Of a stretch of 64,000 nucleotides of DNA, positions 50,401 to 60,500 are shown one piece after another. A program made the position numbers and the translations under genes. The notes below the pieces were generated by a model, which saw only the letters and a program-made list of their open reading frames with translations, was not told the origin of the DNA and ran no database searches. The stretch is from Hypanus sabinus (lineage: Eukaryota). The stretch covers positions 18,724,001 through 18,788,000 of the forward strand of contig NC_082731.1 in assembly GCF_030144855.1 (NCBI RefSeq), in the 5' to 3' direction. How positions within the stretch are numbered: the stretch's first letter is position 1; each line of letters opens with the position of its first letter.

Positions 50401-53400
50401 CTCCGTCCCATAGGCCCGCACGAGTGATTCCCTCTGCATCCTGGGCCGGATTTACCTTGGCACACTGGATCCGGGACCTGGAGTTTCCGTGAGACATCGA
50501 CATTCCCATGCTGCCCGACCTATCCATGAGGAAAATGAACTCGCCTGTCGGCACGTCCTGGAGATCCTCGGGAAACCGGGGGAAGAGATTCACCATGACA
50601 GTGGGGTCGGCCATCAGGGTCCCTGTGTTGGGGCAAGAGGAGCGTGTCAGGGGGAGGAGGGGACTCTTCCCAAATCACACACACAGCGCTGGTTATCTAG
50701 GAGCACAGGACCCATCCGGACACCTCCCATCCCCACCCTGCATTTCACACCCCTCTCTCACTTCCCACCCACCCTTCCAGCCCCATCCCACACATTCCCA
50801 CTCCCCTCTCACCCCATACAACCCTACTCCAACAGCCCCCCCACAAAGATGGGGCACATTCCCCTTCCCAGAGAAGCCCCCACCTGGAGCAGCAGACCCC
50901 GGCCCTGCCTCGAGGATGGCGCTCGGTTCATGGACCTTCTGGGAGAACATCAAGAGCTCGACGTCCCTGTCGAAGCCGTGACCCTTCACCAGGGAGAGCT
51001 GGAAATGGGGTCACAACACAGGGTCAGAACACAGAGCAGAACAGGAGGGGAGAGAGTCACCAGAAACTCCCCTTCAGGGAGACGGACTGAGGGACACCGG
51101 TCAGTGTACAGATATACCCCTGAGGGAGAGGGACTGAGGGACACCGGTCAGTGTACAGATATCCCACTGAGGGAGAGGGACTGAGGCACGCCGGTCAGTG
51201 TACAGATATCCCCCTGAGGGAGAGGGACTGAGGGACACCGGTCAGTGTACAGATATCCCTCTAAGGAAGAGAGACTGAGAGACACCGGTCAGTGTACAGA
51301 TATACCCCTGAGGGAGAGGGACTGAGGGGCATCGGTCAGTGTACAGATATCCTCCTGAGGGAGAGGGACTGAGGGACACCGGTCAGTGTACAGATATCCC
51401 CCTGAGGGAGAGGGACTGAGGCACGCCGGTCAGTGTACAGATATCCCCCTGAGGGAGAGGGACTGAGGCACACCGGTCAGTGTACAGATATCCCCCTGAG
51501 GAAGAGAGACTGAGAGACACCGGTCAGTGTACAGATATCCCCCTGAGGGAGAGGGACTGAGGGACACCGGTCAGTGTACAGATATCCCCCTGAGGGAGAG
51601 GGACTGAGAGACATCGGTCAGTGTACAGATATCCCCCTGAGGGAGAGGGACTGTGGGACACCGGTCAGTGTACAGATATCCTCCTGAGGGAGAGGGACTG
51701 AGAGACACCGGTCAGTGTACAGATATCCCCCTGAGGGAGAGGGACTGTGGGACACCGGTCAGTGTACAGATATCCCCCCGAGGGAGAGGGACATCAGTCA
51801 GTGTACAGATATCCCCCTGAGGGAGAGGGACTGAGGGACACCGGTCAGTGTACAGATATCCCCAGAGGGAGAGGGACTGAGAGACACTGGTCAGTGTACA
51901 GATATCCCCCTGGGGGAGACGGACTGAGGCACACCGGTCAGTGTACAGATATCCCCCTGAGGGAGACGGACTGAGGGACACCGGTCAGTGTACAGATATC
52001 TCCCTGAGGGAGAGGGACTGAGGGACACCGGTCAGTGTACAGATATCTCCCTGAGGGAGAGGGACTGAGGGACACCGGTCAGTGTACAGATATCTCCCTG
52101 AGGGAGAGGGACTGAGGGACACCGGTCAGTGTACAGATATCCCCCTGAGGGACACCGGTCAGTGTACAGATATCCCCCTGAGGGAGAGGGACTGTGGGAC
52201 ACCGGTCAGTGTACAGATATCCCCGAGGGACACCGGTCAGTGTATCTGATTTCCGTCTGTCCACTTGAATTGTTACTTTATTGCCACTTCCCCTCCACAA
52301 GACCACTGTCCCACTGATGGTTATTGGTGTGAAACAGCTTTCCTTACCTTGGCTGACGTCTTGTCGGGATTGAGGAATTCCACGGGTGTCACTTGGCAAT
52401 TGGATTGGATCCGGGAGATCCCATGTGGGCTGTGGAAATGAGCCTCCAGCTCCAAAGTGTAGAGTGGCTTGTCCGTGGGGGCACTGGCCTGGGTTATACA
52501 GGGACCCTGGGTGCCTGGGAGAGTTGGAGGTGGTTTGGTTAGATTCAAGTGCACTGAACGGGGGAGACTGACCCTGTCCCTGGGAGTGTGTGACGGGACG
52601 GTGTGGAGGGAGCCTCACCCTGTGTCTGACCCTGTCCCTGGGAGTGTGTGACGGGACGGTGTGGAGGGAGCCTCACCCTGTGTCTGACCCTGTCCCTGGG
52701 AGTGTGTGACGGGACGGTGTTGTGGGAGCCTCACCCTGTGTCTGACCCTGTCCCTGTGAGTATGTGACGGGACGGTGTGGAGGGTGCCTCACCCTGTGTC
52801 TGACCTTGTCCCTGGGAGTGTGTGATGGGACGGTGTGGGGGGGGAGCCTCACCCTGTGTCTGACCCTATCCCTGGGAGTGTGTGACGGGACGGTGTGGAG
52901 GGAGCCTCACCCTGTGTCTGACCCTGTCCCCGGGATTGTGTTACGGGACGGTGTGGAGGGAACCTCACCCGGTGTCTGACCCTGTCCCTGGGTATGTGTT
53001 ACGGGACGGTGTGGAGGGAGCATCACCCTGTGTCTGACCCTGTCCCTGGGGGTGTGTGACGGGACGGTGTTGTGGGAGCCTCACCCTGTGTCTGACCTTG
53101 TCCCTGGGAGTGTGTGATGGGACGGTGTGGGGGGGGAGCCTCACCCTGTGTCTGACCCTATCCCTGGGAGTGTGTGATGGGACGGTGTGGAGGGAGCCTC
53201 ACCCTGTGTCTGACCCTGTCCCCGGGATTGTGTTACGGGACGGTGTGGAGGGAGCCTCACCCGGTGTCTGACCCTGTCCCTGGGTATGTGTTACGGGACG
53301 GTGTGGAGGGAGCATCACCCTGTGTCTGACTCTGTCCCTGGGAGTGTGTGACGGGACGGTGTGGAGGGAGCCTCACCCTGTGTCTGACCCTGTCCCTGGG

Positions 53401-55395
53401 AGTGTGTGACGGGACGGTGTGGAGGGAGCCTGACCCTGTCACAGGGTGTGTGTTACGGGATGGTGTGGAGGGAGCCTCACCCTGTGTCTGACTCTCTCCT
53501 ACTGCAGGGCAGCATCGGTGGGTGACCCTCTCTTTGGGACCAGGAACTTACCTGCAGGGGAGTACCGGGGGTTTAGGACAGCGGGCAGAGTGAAGCGGAC
53601 GGCACCATCAGCCTCAAGGGGCAGTTCCTGGGCCAGGCTGAAGGAGACGGTGACCGCACAGCCTGGGGGCAGGTTGCCCACCCTGCAGGTGAAGATGTCA
53701 CTGCTACTGCTGTCCTCCTCGAGCAGGAAGGCCTCCTGGCCGGAGGAGATGGCGTCGTCGTAGGCGTCCTGAGCCTGGAGGGGAGGGGTGTGGGCAGGTT
53801 GGGGCAGAGAGCAGAGGAGCCTGGTTACCAGATCTGCCTCCTCCCCACCCCCCCCCCCCCCCAGCATGCAGTCTGGTCCCAGATCCCAAGATCCCTGTGT
53901 CCAGTAACATTTATCTGATATCCCAGGATCTCATCTGAGTTCCCGAGTCAGTACTTCAAGATAGAAGGTCCCAGCTCTGGCTCAAAGACCTTAACTTGGG
54001 ACAGATCTCCCAGCTCGTCACCACCGCAGATCAAAACACACAGCTCCAATTCAGAACCCCACCCCTCTTAGCCGCACCAAAAGATCATCTCCCACCGCAC
54101 AATCCAGGGATCACTACGCTGGAATCGCAATCCCACATCAGTCTTTACAGACCTTGATCCCCATCCCGGGGGAGTCTGACTCCGACTGAGATGTCGAAAG
54201 ATAATTTGTCCTGTCGACTTAGAATTAGATTCTTTTAGGTGATTAAGTGGTCTATGTGCCCTTTCCCACCCACCCAACTCCCACCTGTTCCCGTTCCTTT
54301 ATCTCGGCCACGATCGTCTTCCCGTCCACCGTCGCTTGGAAGTTGTAGACGGCAGAATCGCTGTCCACAGGGAATGTGAACACGGCCTCCAGGGGAGAAG
54401 CCTCCTCATTCCTGTACTCCAGGTCTGCAGACACATCGGCCACAAACCCCTTCACCTCCACTCGCACCGAGATCTTCTTCAGAGGAACTGGGTCGGGACG
54501 GGGGAATAACAAGGTGAGGGGGAGGGTGTAGAAACCACCATTGGAAATCCCAATGGAGACACACCCATTCCCATTCACTCCCACCGTCCACAATCCGAAT
54601 AGTCCCCACCCCTTCCCATTCACTCCCACTGTACACAACCCCAATGGACCCCACCCCTTCCCATTCACTCCCACTGTACACAACCCCAATGGACCCCACC
54701 CCTTCCCATTCACTCCCACTGTACACAACCCCAATGGACCCCACCCCTTCCCATTCATTCCCACCGTCCACAATCCCAATGGACCCCACCCCTTCCCATT
54801 CACTTCCACTGTACACAATCCCAATGGACCCCACCCCTTCCCATTCACTCCCACCGTCCACAATCCCAATGGACCCCACCCCTTCCCATTCACTCCCACC
54901 GTCCACACTCCCAATGGACCCCACCCCTTCCCATTCACTCCCACTGTACACAATCCCAACGGACCCCACCCCTTCCCATTCACTCCCACCGTCCACAACC
55001 CCAATGGACCCCACCCCTTCCCATTCACTCCCACCGTCCACACTCCCAATGGACCCCACCCCTTCCCATTCACTCCCACTGTACACAATCCCAATGGACC
55101 CCACCCCTTCCCATTCACTCCCGTGTCCACAATCCAAGTGGCCCTCTCCCATTCCCATTCACTCCCACTGTACACAATCCCAATGGACCCCACCCCTTCC
55201 CATTCACTCCCGTGTCCACAATCCAAATGGCTCTCTCCCATTCCCATTCCTGAATCCAGTCAGGGAATGGGATTGCGTGAACTAACATGGACTCAACAGG
55301 CAAATTCCCTCCTAGTCAAAGGGAACTGTGTTAAACGTGGCTGACTGCTCACCTGGGGTGTTCTGGGCTGTCACGAGTCCGCAGTGTCTGACCAT
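14395..55395 (-). CDS. VWA5A: von Willebrand factor A domain-containing protein 5A-like gene (VIT + VWA), whole coding span
   Basis: 16 core exons splice in frame to 729 aa and resemble human VWA5A along its length as I recall it ([75 protein letters not shown]); MIDAS residues intact. Confidence 0.95.
14572..15670 (+). repeat. 47-bp minisatellite (gggactgagggacaccggtcagtgtacagatatccccctgagggaga)
   Basis: About 23 tandem copies in the last intron. Confidence 0.95.
16199..16325 (-). CDS. VWA5A: VWA5A core exon 15: [42 protein letters not shown]
   Basis: tttcag / G|gttag; 127 nt, phase 0 to 1. Confidence 0.93.
16415..17350 (+). repeat. 58-bp minisatellite array
   Basis: About 16 copies; reverse complement of the array at 52567-53495. 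Confidence 0.95.
17869..18400 (-). repeat. 155-bp tandem duplication containing the 3' part and donor of VWA5A exon 14
   Basis: Exon ends with AAG|GTGAG recur at 18334, 18179 and 18024; the last copy ends in CTG TAG at 17869. Confidence 0.92.
18334..18494 (-). CDS. VWA5A: VWA5A core exon 14: (x)[53 protein letters not shown]
   Basis: NAGNAG acceptor ttcag|cag|at (start 18494 or 18491), donor AAG|gtgag; conserved LQNADGSW motif. Confidence 0.92.
18582..19276. other. Assembly gap (N runs) with a 12-bp called island at 19093-19104
   Basis: N characters. Confidence 1.
19467..19757 (+). mobile_element. CR1 3'-end fragment
   Basis: [30 protein letters not shown] and CR1-type 3'UTR. Confidence 0.75.
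20304..20363 (-). CDS. VWA5A: VWA5A B-type micro-exon (60 nt, phase 1-1): (G)[19 protein letters not shown]
   Basis: ttcatttcccctctctctgccccccag | ... T|gtgaga; open frame. Confidence 0.7.
20508..22011 (+). mobile_element. Rex1/Babar-like LINE, 5'-truncated with an internal deletion, inserted in the micro-exon array
   Basis: LDLVYTN..HLGCSDH; [24 protein letters not shown]; [10 protein letters not shown]; AATAAA and (GACTT)n tail; the flanks rejoin the array unit. Confidence 0.88.
22125..22172 (-). pseudogene. A-type micro-exon copy with dead donor (GT>AT)
   Basis: Same acceptor context (ggcgtattgcccag) and 48-nt length, but C|ataaggg at the donor position. Confidence 0.65.
22678..22737 (-). 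CDS. VWA5A: VWA5A B-type micro-exon (60 nt, phase 1-1): (G)[19 protein letters not shown]
   Basis: ccccccag | ... TTTG|gtgagt; strong consensus sites. Confidence 0.8.
23126..23173 (-). CDS. VWA5A: VWA5A A-type micro-exon (48 nt, phase 1-1): (A)[15 protein letters not shown]
   Basis: gcccag | ... CCG|gtaagt. Confidence 0.75.
23740..23799 (-). pseudogene. B-type micro-exon copy (E)[19 protein letters not shown]; donor intact, acceptor reads CG instead of AG at the edge of a G homopolymer
   Basis: Near-identical to 22678-22737; the defect may be a real mutation or a base-calling error. Confidence 0.6.
24197..24244 (-). CDS. VWA5A: VWA5A A-type micro-exon (48 nt, phase 1-1): (G)[15 protein letters not shown]
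   Basis: gcccag | ... CCG|gtaagt. Confidence 0.75.
24782..24814 (-). pseudogene. Dead B-type micro-exon (internal deletion, acceptor GG, donor AT)
   Basis: B-type flanks (gatgtatttcatttcccc, gagt..taccacttcc) retained around the decayed exon. Confidence 0.6.
25040..28115. repeat. 26-bp purine-rich minisatellite (ggagactggacgagggagagggaggc)
   Basis: About 3 kb tandem array with variant units. Confidence 0.95.
28186..28245 (-). CDS. VWA5A: VWA5A A-type micro-exon, 60-nt form (phase 1-1): (A)[19 protein letters not shown]
   Basis: ttttctctctctgcccctcag | ... GCG|gtaagt; open frame continuing from exon 13. Confidence 0.82.
28480..28539 (-). pseudogene. Dead B-type micro-exon ([14 protein letters not shown]; acceptor AA, donor GG)
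   Basis: Homologous to 22678-22737; both splice sites mutated. Confidence 0.65.
28569..28934 (-). mobile_element. Non-autonomous PLE-derived insertion with inverted ends and a gaaaatgaaat target-site duplication
   Basis: Homologous to 3330-3470; degenerate hammerhead (CTGCCAA..GAAACATCGAC) on the minus strand; direct repeat at 28558-28568 and 28939-28949. Confidence 0.7.
29252..29463 (-). CDS. VWA5A: VWA5A core exon 13: [12 protein letters not shown]...[28 protein letters not shown]
   Basis: ctccag / G|gtgggt; 212 nt, phase 2 to 1. Confidence 0.95.
29470..30595. repeat. 23-bp purine-rich minisatellite (gagagaggggaacggggaggagc) abutting the exon 13 acceptor
   Basis: Tandem array; pyrimidine-rich on the transcribed strand. 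Confidence 0.95.
30815..31325 (-). mobile_element. Rex1/Babar-type LINE 3' fragment
   Basis: [31 protein letters not shown]. Confidence 0.7.
31655..39724. repeat. ~8-kb CpG-rich minisatellite, 26-bp unit (gtcccagtccgagtcccgggctccgt), in VWA5A intron 12
   Basis: About 310 copies with 25-bp and +6-bp variants; 2040-bp higher-order duplication. Confidence 0.98.
40121..40224 (-). CDS. VWA5A: VWA5A core exon 12: [34 protein letters not shown]
   Basis: ctcatag / AG|gtaac; 104 nt, phase 0 to 2; absent from the ORF track. Confidence 0.9.
40330..40790. repeat. Degenerate tandem repeat with a recurring ctttaacagg core
   Basis: Motif recurs about every 35-45 bp. Confidence 0.6.
40873..41031 (-). CDS. 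VWA5A: VWA5A core exon 11: [11 protein letters not shown]...IVYTQLKGQ
   Basis: cacag / CAG|gtgag; 159 nt. Confidence 0.95.
41768..41882 (-). CDS. VWA5A: VWA5A core exon 10: [20 protein letters not shown]...KDRMEPK
   Basis: ctccag / AAG|gtact; 115 nt. Confidence 0.95.
42671..42750 (-). CDS. VWA5A: VWA5A core exon 9: [26 protein letters not shown]
   Basis: cctag / AG|gtgag; 80 nt; MIDAS Asp (TDG). Confidence 0.95.
43600..44240. repeat. Pyrimidine-rich minisatellite, ~32-40-bp unit (ctcaactcctctcccatctccttccttccctca..)
   Basis: Tandem array. Confidence 0.9.
44386..44530 (-). CDS. VWA5A: VWA5A core exon 8: [10 protein letters not shown]...[12 protein letters not shown]...GHPRQ
   Basis: cacag / CAG|gtaaa; 145 nt. 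Confidence 0.95.
45195..45486 (+). mobile_element. CR1 3' end, same subfamily as 62020-62305, followed by a (gaaat)n microsatellite
   Basis: Closely matches the 3' end of the long CR1; ctatgg tail repeats. Confidence 0.8.
46915..47240 (+). mobile_element. Degenerate retroviral-type (ERV) integrase core; the relic may extend upstream to ~45600
   Basis: One frame with stops reads [55 protein letters not shown]; PFDVLTG follows downstream. Confidence 0.75.
47400..48252. repeat. 24-bp minisatellite (gtctctcggtgtctctgtgtgacg)
   Basis: Tandem array with a polarised variant gradient. Confidence 0.95.
48587..49761 (+). mobile_element. Tc1/mariner DNA transposon, IR/DR type, internally deleted
   Basis: TA flanks at 48585-86 and 49762-63; ~200-bp TIRs with inner caaaagtttgg repeats; [27 protein letters not shown] joined to the C-terminal [17 protein letters not shown]. 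Confidence 0.93.
50222..50310 (-). CDS. VWA5A: VWA5A core exon 7: [30 protein letters not shown]
   Basis: cacag / CC|gtaag; 89 nt. Confidence 0.95.
50456..50622 (-). CDS. VWA5A: VWA5A core exon 6: GTLMADP...[13 protein letters not shown]...RIQCAK
   Basis: MIDAS DxSxS motif; cacag / AAG|gtaaa; 167 nt. Confidence 0.96.
50884..50998 (-). CDS. VWA5A: VWA5A core exon 5: [17 protein letters not shown]...EAGPGSAAP
   Basis: ttccag / G|gtggg; 115 nt. Confidence 0.94.
51075..52245 (+). repeat. Second array of the 47-bp minisatellite
   Basis: Same unit and orientation as 14572-15670. Confidence 0.95.
52348..52514 (-). CDS. VWA5A: VWA5A core exon 4: GTQGPC...[10 protein letters not shown]...DKTSAK
   Basis: cccag / AAG|gtaag; 167 nt. 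Confidence 0.94.
52567..53495 (-). repeat. 58-bp minisatellite array, inverted relative to 16415-17350
   Basis: Unit tgacgggacggtgtggagggagcctcaccctgtgtctgaccctgtccctgggagtgtg. Confidence 0.95.
53552..53774 (-). CDS. VWA5A: VWA5A core exon 3 (VIT): [19 protein letters not shown]...VGNLPPG...[11 protein letters not shown]
   Basis: ctccag / G|gtaag; 223 nt. Confidence 0.96.
54285..54487 (-). CDS. VWA5A: VWA5A core exon 2 (VIT): [19 protein letters not shown]...[10 protein letters not shown]
   Basis: cccag / CAG|gtggg; 203 nt. Confidence 0.96.
54545..55250. repeat. 45-bp minisatellite (cccttcccattcactcccactgtacacaatcccaatggaccccac)
   Basis: About 15 copies in the first coding intron. Confidence 0.95.
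55353..55395 (-). CDS. VWA5A: VWA5A first coding exon: [14 protein letters not shown]; exon begins at 55402 after a tttcag acceptor
   Basis: acaATGg Kozak context, donor G|gtgag; the upstream acceptor implies a non-coding first exon. Confidence 0.92.
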
Positions 55396-55869
55396 TGTGT
55401 GGCTGAAATGCAAACAAAGATATGAGTGTTGTGTGTGGCCCAGGATTTCTCCGTCCCCTTCCCCCACATCAATCCCAACCCACCGGCCACCGCACTCCAC
55501 CCCCAGCAGACAATGCCATTTCACTCTGAGCCTGCCCCAGCACAAATCTCAAGCCGTGCACCAGAGCTGCTGATGCTGGGTGTGTGTGAGGAATGCCCAT
55601 TTATGGGGAGCATCAGGGCAAGAGGGACCACAATATATGTGGGTGGAAACCTTTTCTCTATACACTATTGTGATTTATAGCTTATGCAAGTCAAATAGAC
55701 CCCCACAGGTCATTCCTGGTGTCCTTGTACAAACCCGGGTCACGAGACTCGACTGCCACAGATCCAGTCCTCAGCAGATGAACCGTCTGTTTCATCCCCA
55801 GCTTTTGATTCGGGTGTGTACAGCAAGTTCGCGTAGACACTCGGCCGCCCGCACAAGTTGTCATGAATC

Positions 55870-57160
55870 AGACTCCGGCTTATTATCACCGGCATGTGTC
55901 GTGAAATTTGTTAACAGCAGCAGCAGTTCAATGCAATACATAATAATATAGAAAAAATAAATAAGGATATCAATTAAACTAAGTCTATATGTATATTGAA
56001 TTATTAAATAGACTAAAAATGGTGCAAAGCAGAAATCGTGTGCGTGTGCGTGTGCGTGTGGGGGGCGGTGTAGTGGTCAGGAGTTCAATGAATCGGATGG
56101 CAGAGGGGAAGAAGCTGTTGCTGAATCTCTGAGCGTGTGCTTCAGGCTCATCTACCTCCTACCCGATGTTAACGAGAAGAGGGCATGTCCTGCGTGATTG
56201 GGGTCGTTGCCGCCTTCCTGAGACTCCTCTCCTTGCAGATGTCTTTGATGTGGAGGCTTGAACCCTAGATGGAGCTGACTAATTTTACACCTTCCTGAGG
56301 CTTCTCTCGGTTCTGTACGTCGCCACCCCCCCCCCACACCAGACCCCGATGCCGCCTGTCAGAACGCTCTCCATGGTACATCTGCAGAAGTCTTCAGGCG
56401 TTTTAGGCGACAAACCAAATCTCTTCTAATGAAATATATCCATTGTCTTGCCTTCTTTATAGCTGTGTCAATATGTTGGGACCAGGTTAGATCCTCAGAT
56501 CTTGACACCAGGAGCTGTTCACTCTCTCCACTTCTGACCCCTCTGCGAGGATTGGTATGTGTTCCCTCGTGTTACCCTTCCTGAAGTCCACAATCAGCTC
56601 TTTCGTCTTACTGATGTTGAGTGACAGGTTGTTGTTGCGACGCCACTCCACTAGCTGGTATATCTCACTCCTGTACGCCCTCTCGTCACCACCTGAGATT
56701 CTACCCACAATGGTCGTATCATCAGCAAACTTATGGGTGGCGTTTGAGCTGTACTAGCCACACAGTCACGGGTACAGCTGGAGTAGAGCAGTGGGCCAAG
56801 CACACACCCCTGAGGGGCACCAGTGTGGATTGTCAGTGAGGAGGAGATATTGTGGTCTTCCAGTTTGGAAGTGGAGGATCCAATAGCAGAGGAAGGCACA
56901 GAGGCCCAGTTTCTGTAGCTTATCAATCAGGACTGTGGGAATGATGGTGTAAAACACAGGTCTATTGTCAATAAACAGCATCCTAACATAGGTGTTTGCA
57001 TTGTCCAGGTGATCTAAGGCCCTACGAACAGCCATTGAGATTGTGTCTGCCGTCGGCCCTCTATGGTGACAGGCAAATTGCAGAGGGTCCAGGCCCTTGC
57101 TGAGGCAGTGGTTCATTCTAGCCACGACCAACCTCTCAAAGCATTTCATCACCATAGGTG
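55870..57160 (-). mobile_element. Degraded Rex1/Babar-like LINE RT region
   Basis: VMKCFERLV..LDPLQFA..YVRMLFID; TGAPQGCVLGPLLYS; LNISKTKELIVDFRK. Confidence 0.85.
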
Positions 57161-57599
57161 TGAAAAGGTGAAGCTCATGCTTTCAGGTTGGCGGCTAACC
57201 AGATGGAATACAAGGTGTCAAACTGGACTCTCCCCGGACATACTCTCCATCTAGCCGAAGATACAAAAGTCAGGTATGCACCACCAAGTTCAAACACAGC
57301 TTCCACCCCACTGTTATTAGACTATTGAATGGTCCACTCGTATAAGATAGACTTTGGACTCTTGACCTCATTATGATCTTGCACCTTCTCTGCAACTGTT
57401 CTGCATAGGAGCAGAAGTGGGCCATTCGGCCTGTCGAGTCTAGTGTACCCCATCATTTGAACAAGAGAGATTTGATTTGACTCATACCCACTCTCCCCAT
57501 GACCTTAACTAATCAAGAGCCAACACTAGCTGCCTTTAATACGCGCAGTGACAGCCTCCGCTGCCCTTTGTGGAAACACGTTCCACAGATTCCCAGCGG

Positions 57600-60500
57600 A
57601 AGGCAGCTGATTGGGCAAATCAGATTTGAGTAGCTCAGACTCAGCAGAGAGCAAATGATTGGACAATTGAAAATTGAAAAGCTCAAACAAATAAAAAAGG
57701 GGTAGTTCAAGCAGAGCGGCCAGTGAGTGGGCTGGTGAAGGAGTGGAGCGTTGAGGCTTTGGCTCGAGAGGCTTCGGCGAGCAGCGGCAGAAGATGAGCT
57801 TGCTCCCAGTGAGGTCAGGCCGGGTAAGTTTATTTGATTAATTTAATTAACAGGAGTTGGTAATGGAGGCAGTAGATAGGGCAGTTAAGTGCTCCAATTG
57901 TAGGATGTGGGAAGTCAGGGACAACACAATTGTCTCTGATGACTACACCTGCAAAAGGTGCATCCAGCTGCAGTTCCTGTCAAATCGATTTACTAGGATG
58001 TTACCTGGGTTTCAGCACTTAAGTTACAGAGAAAGGTTGAGCAAGTTAGGTCTCTATTCATTGGAGCGTAGAAGGTTGAGGGGGGATTTGATCGAGGTAT
58101 TTAAAATTTTGAGAGGGATAGATAGAGTTGACGTGAATAGGCTGTTTCCATTGAGAGTAGGGGAGATTCAAACTAGAGGACATGATTTGAGAGTTAGGGG
58201 GCAGAAGTTTAAGGGAAACACGAGGGGGTATTTCTTTACTCAGAGAGTGATAGCTGTGTGGAATGAGCTTCCTGTAGAAGTAGTAGAGGCCAGTTCAGTT
58301 GTGTCATTTAAGGTATAATTGGATAGGTATATGGACAGGAAAGGAGTGGAGGGTTATGGGCTGAGTGCGGGTAGGTGGGACTAGGTGGGATTAAGAGTTC
58401 GGCACGGACTAGGAGGGCGGAGATGGCCTGTTTCCGTGCTGTGATTGTTATATGGTTATATGGAACTGGAGCTGGAGCTGGATGAACTTCAGATCATTCG
58501 GGAGGCAGAGGCAGTAATAGAGCAGAGTTTCAGGGAGACAGTCACCAATAAAAGTCAGGAGACAGGAGAGGGAAGGGGAATAGACAGGAAGAGCAGGGCA
58601 CCCATGTGGCCATTCCCATCAACAATAAGTATACCGTTTTGGATACTGTCGGTGGGGATGACCTACCAGGGACAAGTTGCAGTGGTCGCATCTCTGGCGC
58701 CGAGACTGGACCCTCAGCTCAGAAGGGAAGGAGGGAAAAGAGGAGAGCAGTAGTGATAGAGGATTCGATAGTTGGGGGACAGATAAGAGGATCTGTGAGA
58801 GAGATCGAGAATCCCGGATGGTCTGTTGCCTCCCTGATGCCAGGGTCCACGATATCTCGGATCGCGTTCTCGGTATTCTCAGGAGAGAGGGTGAGCAACC
58901 AGATGTCGTGGTCCACGTGGGGACCAAAGACATCGATAGGAGTAGGGATGAGGTCCTGAAGAAGGAATATAGGGAGTTAGGAAAGTTAAAAAGCAGGACC
59001 TCAAGGGTGGTGATCTCGGGATTGCTGCCTGTGCCACGAGACAGAGAGGGTAGGAACAGGAAGTTATGGCAGATGAATGCGTGGCTGAAGAGTTGGTGCA
59101 GGGGGCAGGGGTTCAGATTTCTGGATCATTGGGATCTCTCCTGGGGAAGGTCTGACCTGTACAAAACGGACGGGCTGAACTGGAAAGGGACCAATATCCT
59201 GGCGGGTAGGTTTGCTAGAGCTGTTGGGGAGGGTTTAAACAAGTTTGGCAGGGGGTGGGAATCAGAATGTGAGTGCAGAGATTAGGGTAGAAGGACAAGG
59301 GCATGATGCTGAGAGTTCTGAGTTGGTGAGGAAGGACAGGCTGGGAATGAAACATAAAGGTAGCCAGTCAGAGGGGTTGAAATGTGTCTATTTCAACACT
59401 AGGAGTATTAGGAATAAAGGGGATGAACTTAAAGCATGGATCAGTACGTGGAACTACGATGTTGTGGCCATTACTGAAACTTGGGTGGAGGAAGGGCAGG
59501 ATTGGCTGATGCAGGTCCTGGGGTTCAGGTGTTTTAAAAGGAATAGGATGGGAGGTAGAAAGGTGGGGTGGTGGGAAGTAGCATTACTGGTCTGGGATAG
59601 AATCACAGCTGTAGAAAGGGAGAACGCTGCAGAGGGAGTGTCCACAGAGTCAGTGTGGGTGGAAGTTAGAAATAGGAAGGGATCAGTCACTGTGCTGGGA
59701 GTAGTCTATAGGTTCCCAAATTGCCCTCGGGACACCGAGGAGCAGATAAGCAGGCAGATTTCAGAATGGTGCAGGAAATACAGGGTTGTAGTTATGGGTG
59801 ATTTCAACTTCCCTCATATTGACTGGCACCTCCTGACTGCAAGGGGGATAGATGGGGCTGAATTTGTCAGGTGTGTTCAAGAAGGATTCCTGACACAGTA
59901 TGTGGACTGGCCGACGAGAGGAGAGGCCATACTGGATCTAGTTCTGGGTAATGAACCTGGTCAGCTGACAGACCTCTTGGTGGGGGAGCATTTTGGTGAG
60001 AGTGACCACAACTCCCTTAGCTTCAGCTTACTTATGGAAACGGATAAATACAGACAAAATGGGAAAGTGCTTAACTGGAGAAAGGCCAACTTTGAAGGGA
60101 TGAGGCAGGAACTGGCGAGAGTAAATTGGAAACAGATGTTCAAGTGTGAAAGCACAGAAGTAATGTGGAGGAAGTTTAGGGACCACTTGTGCTGGGTTCA
60201 GGATAGGTTTGTCCCACTGAGGAAGGGAAAAATGGTAGGAAAAGGGAAACGGGGCTGACAAAACACGTGAGGCAACTCATCAAGAGTAAGAAGGAAGCAT
60301 ATGTTAGATATAAGAAGCAGAAAGTAGGAGGGGCTCATGAAAAATATAGGATAGCCAGGAAGGAGCTTAAGGAGGGACAGAGGAGAGCTCGAAGGGGGCA
60401 TGAGAAGGCCTTGGCATGTAGGATTAAGGAACTTATGGAGGGACTTAGGAGAGCTCGAAGGGGGCATGAGAAGGCCTTGGCATGTAGGATTAACATCCCA

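Noticed and set aside
54252-55344. Repeat-protein-like ORFs ([20 protein letters not shown])
   Set aside because: 45-bp intronic minisatellite; exons 1 and 2 splice cleanly around it
14395-55395. Alternative identity as PARP4, ITIH or VWA5B, or a pseudogene
   Set aside because: N-terminus (MVRHCGL), domain order and C-terminus fit VWA5A; no PARP/BRCT exons; no frame disruptions in the core exons. Orthologue versus paralogue is unresolved.
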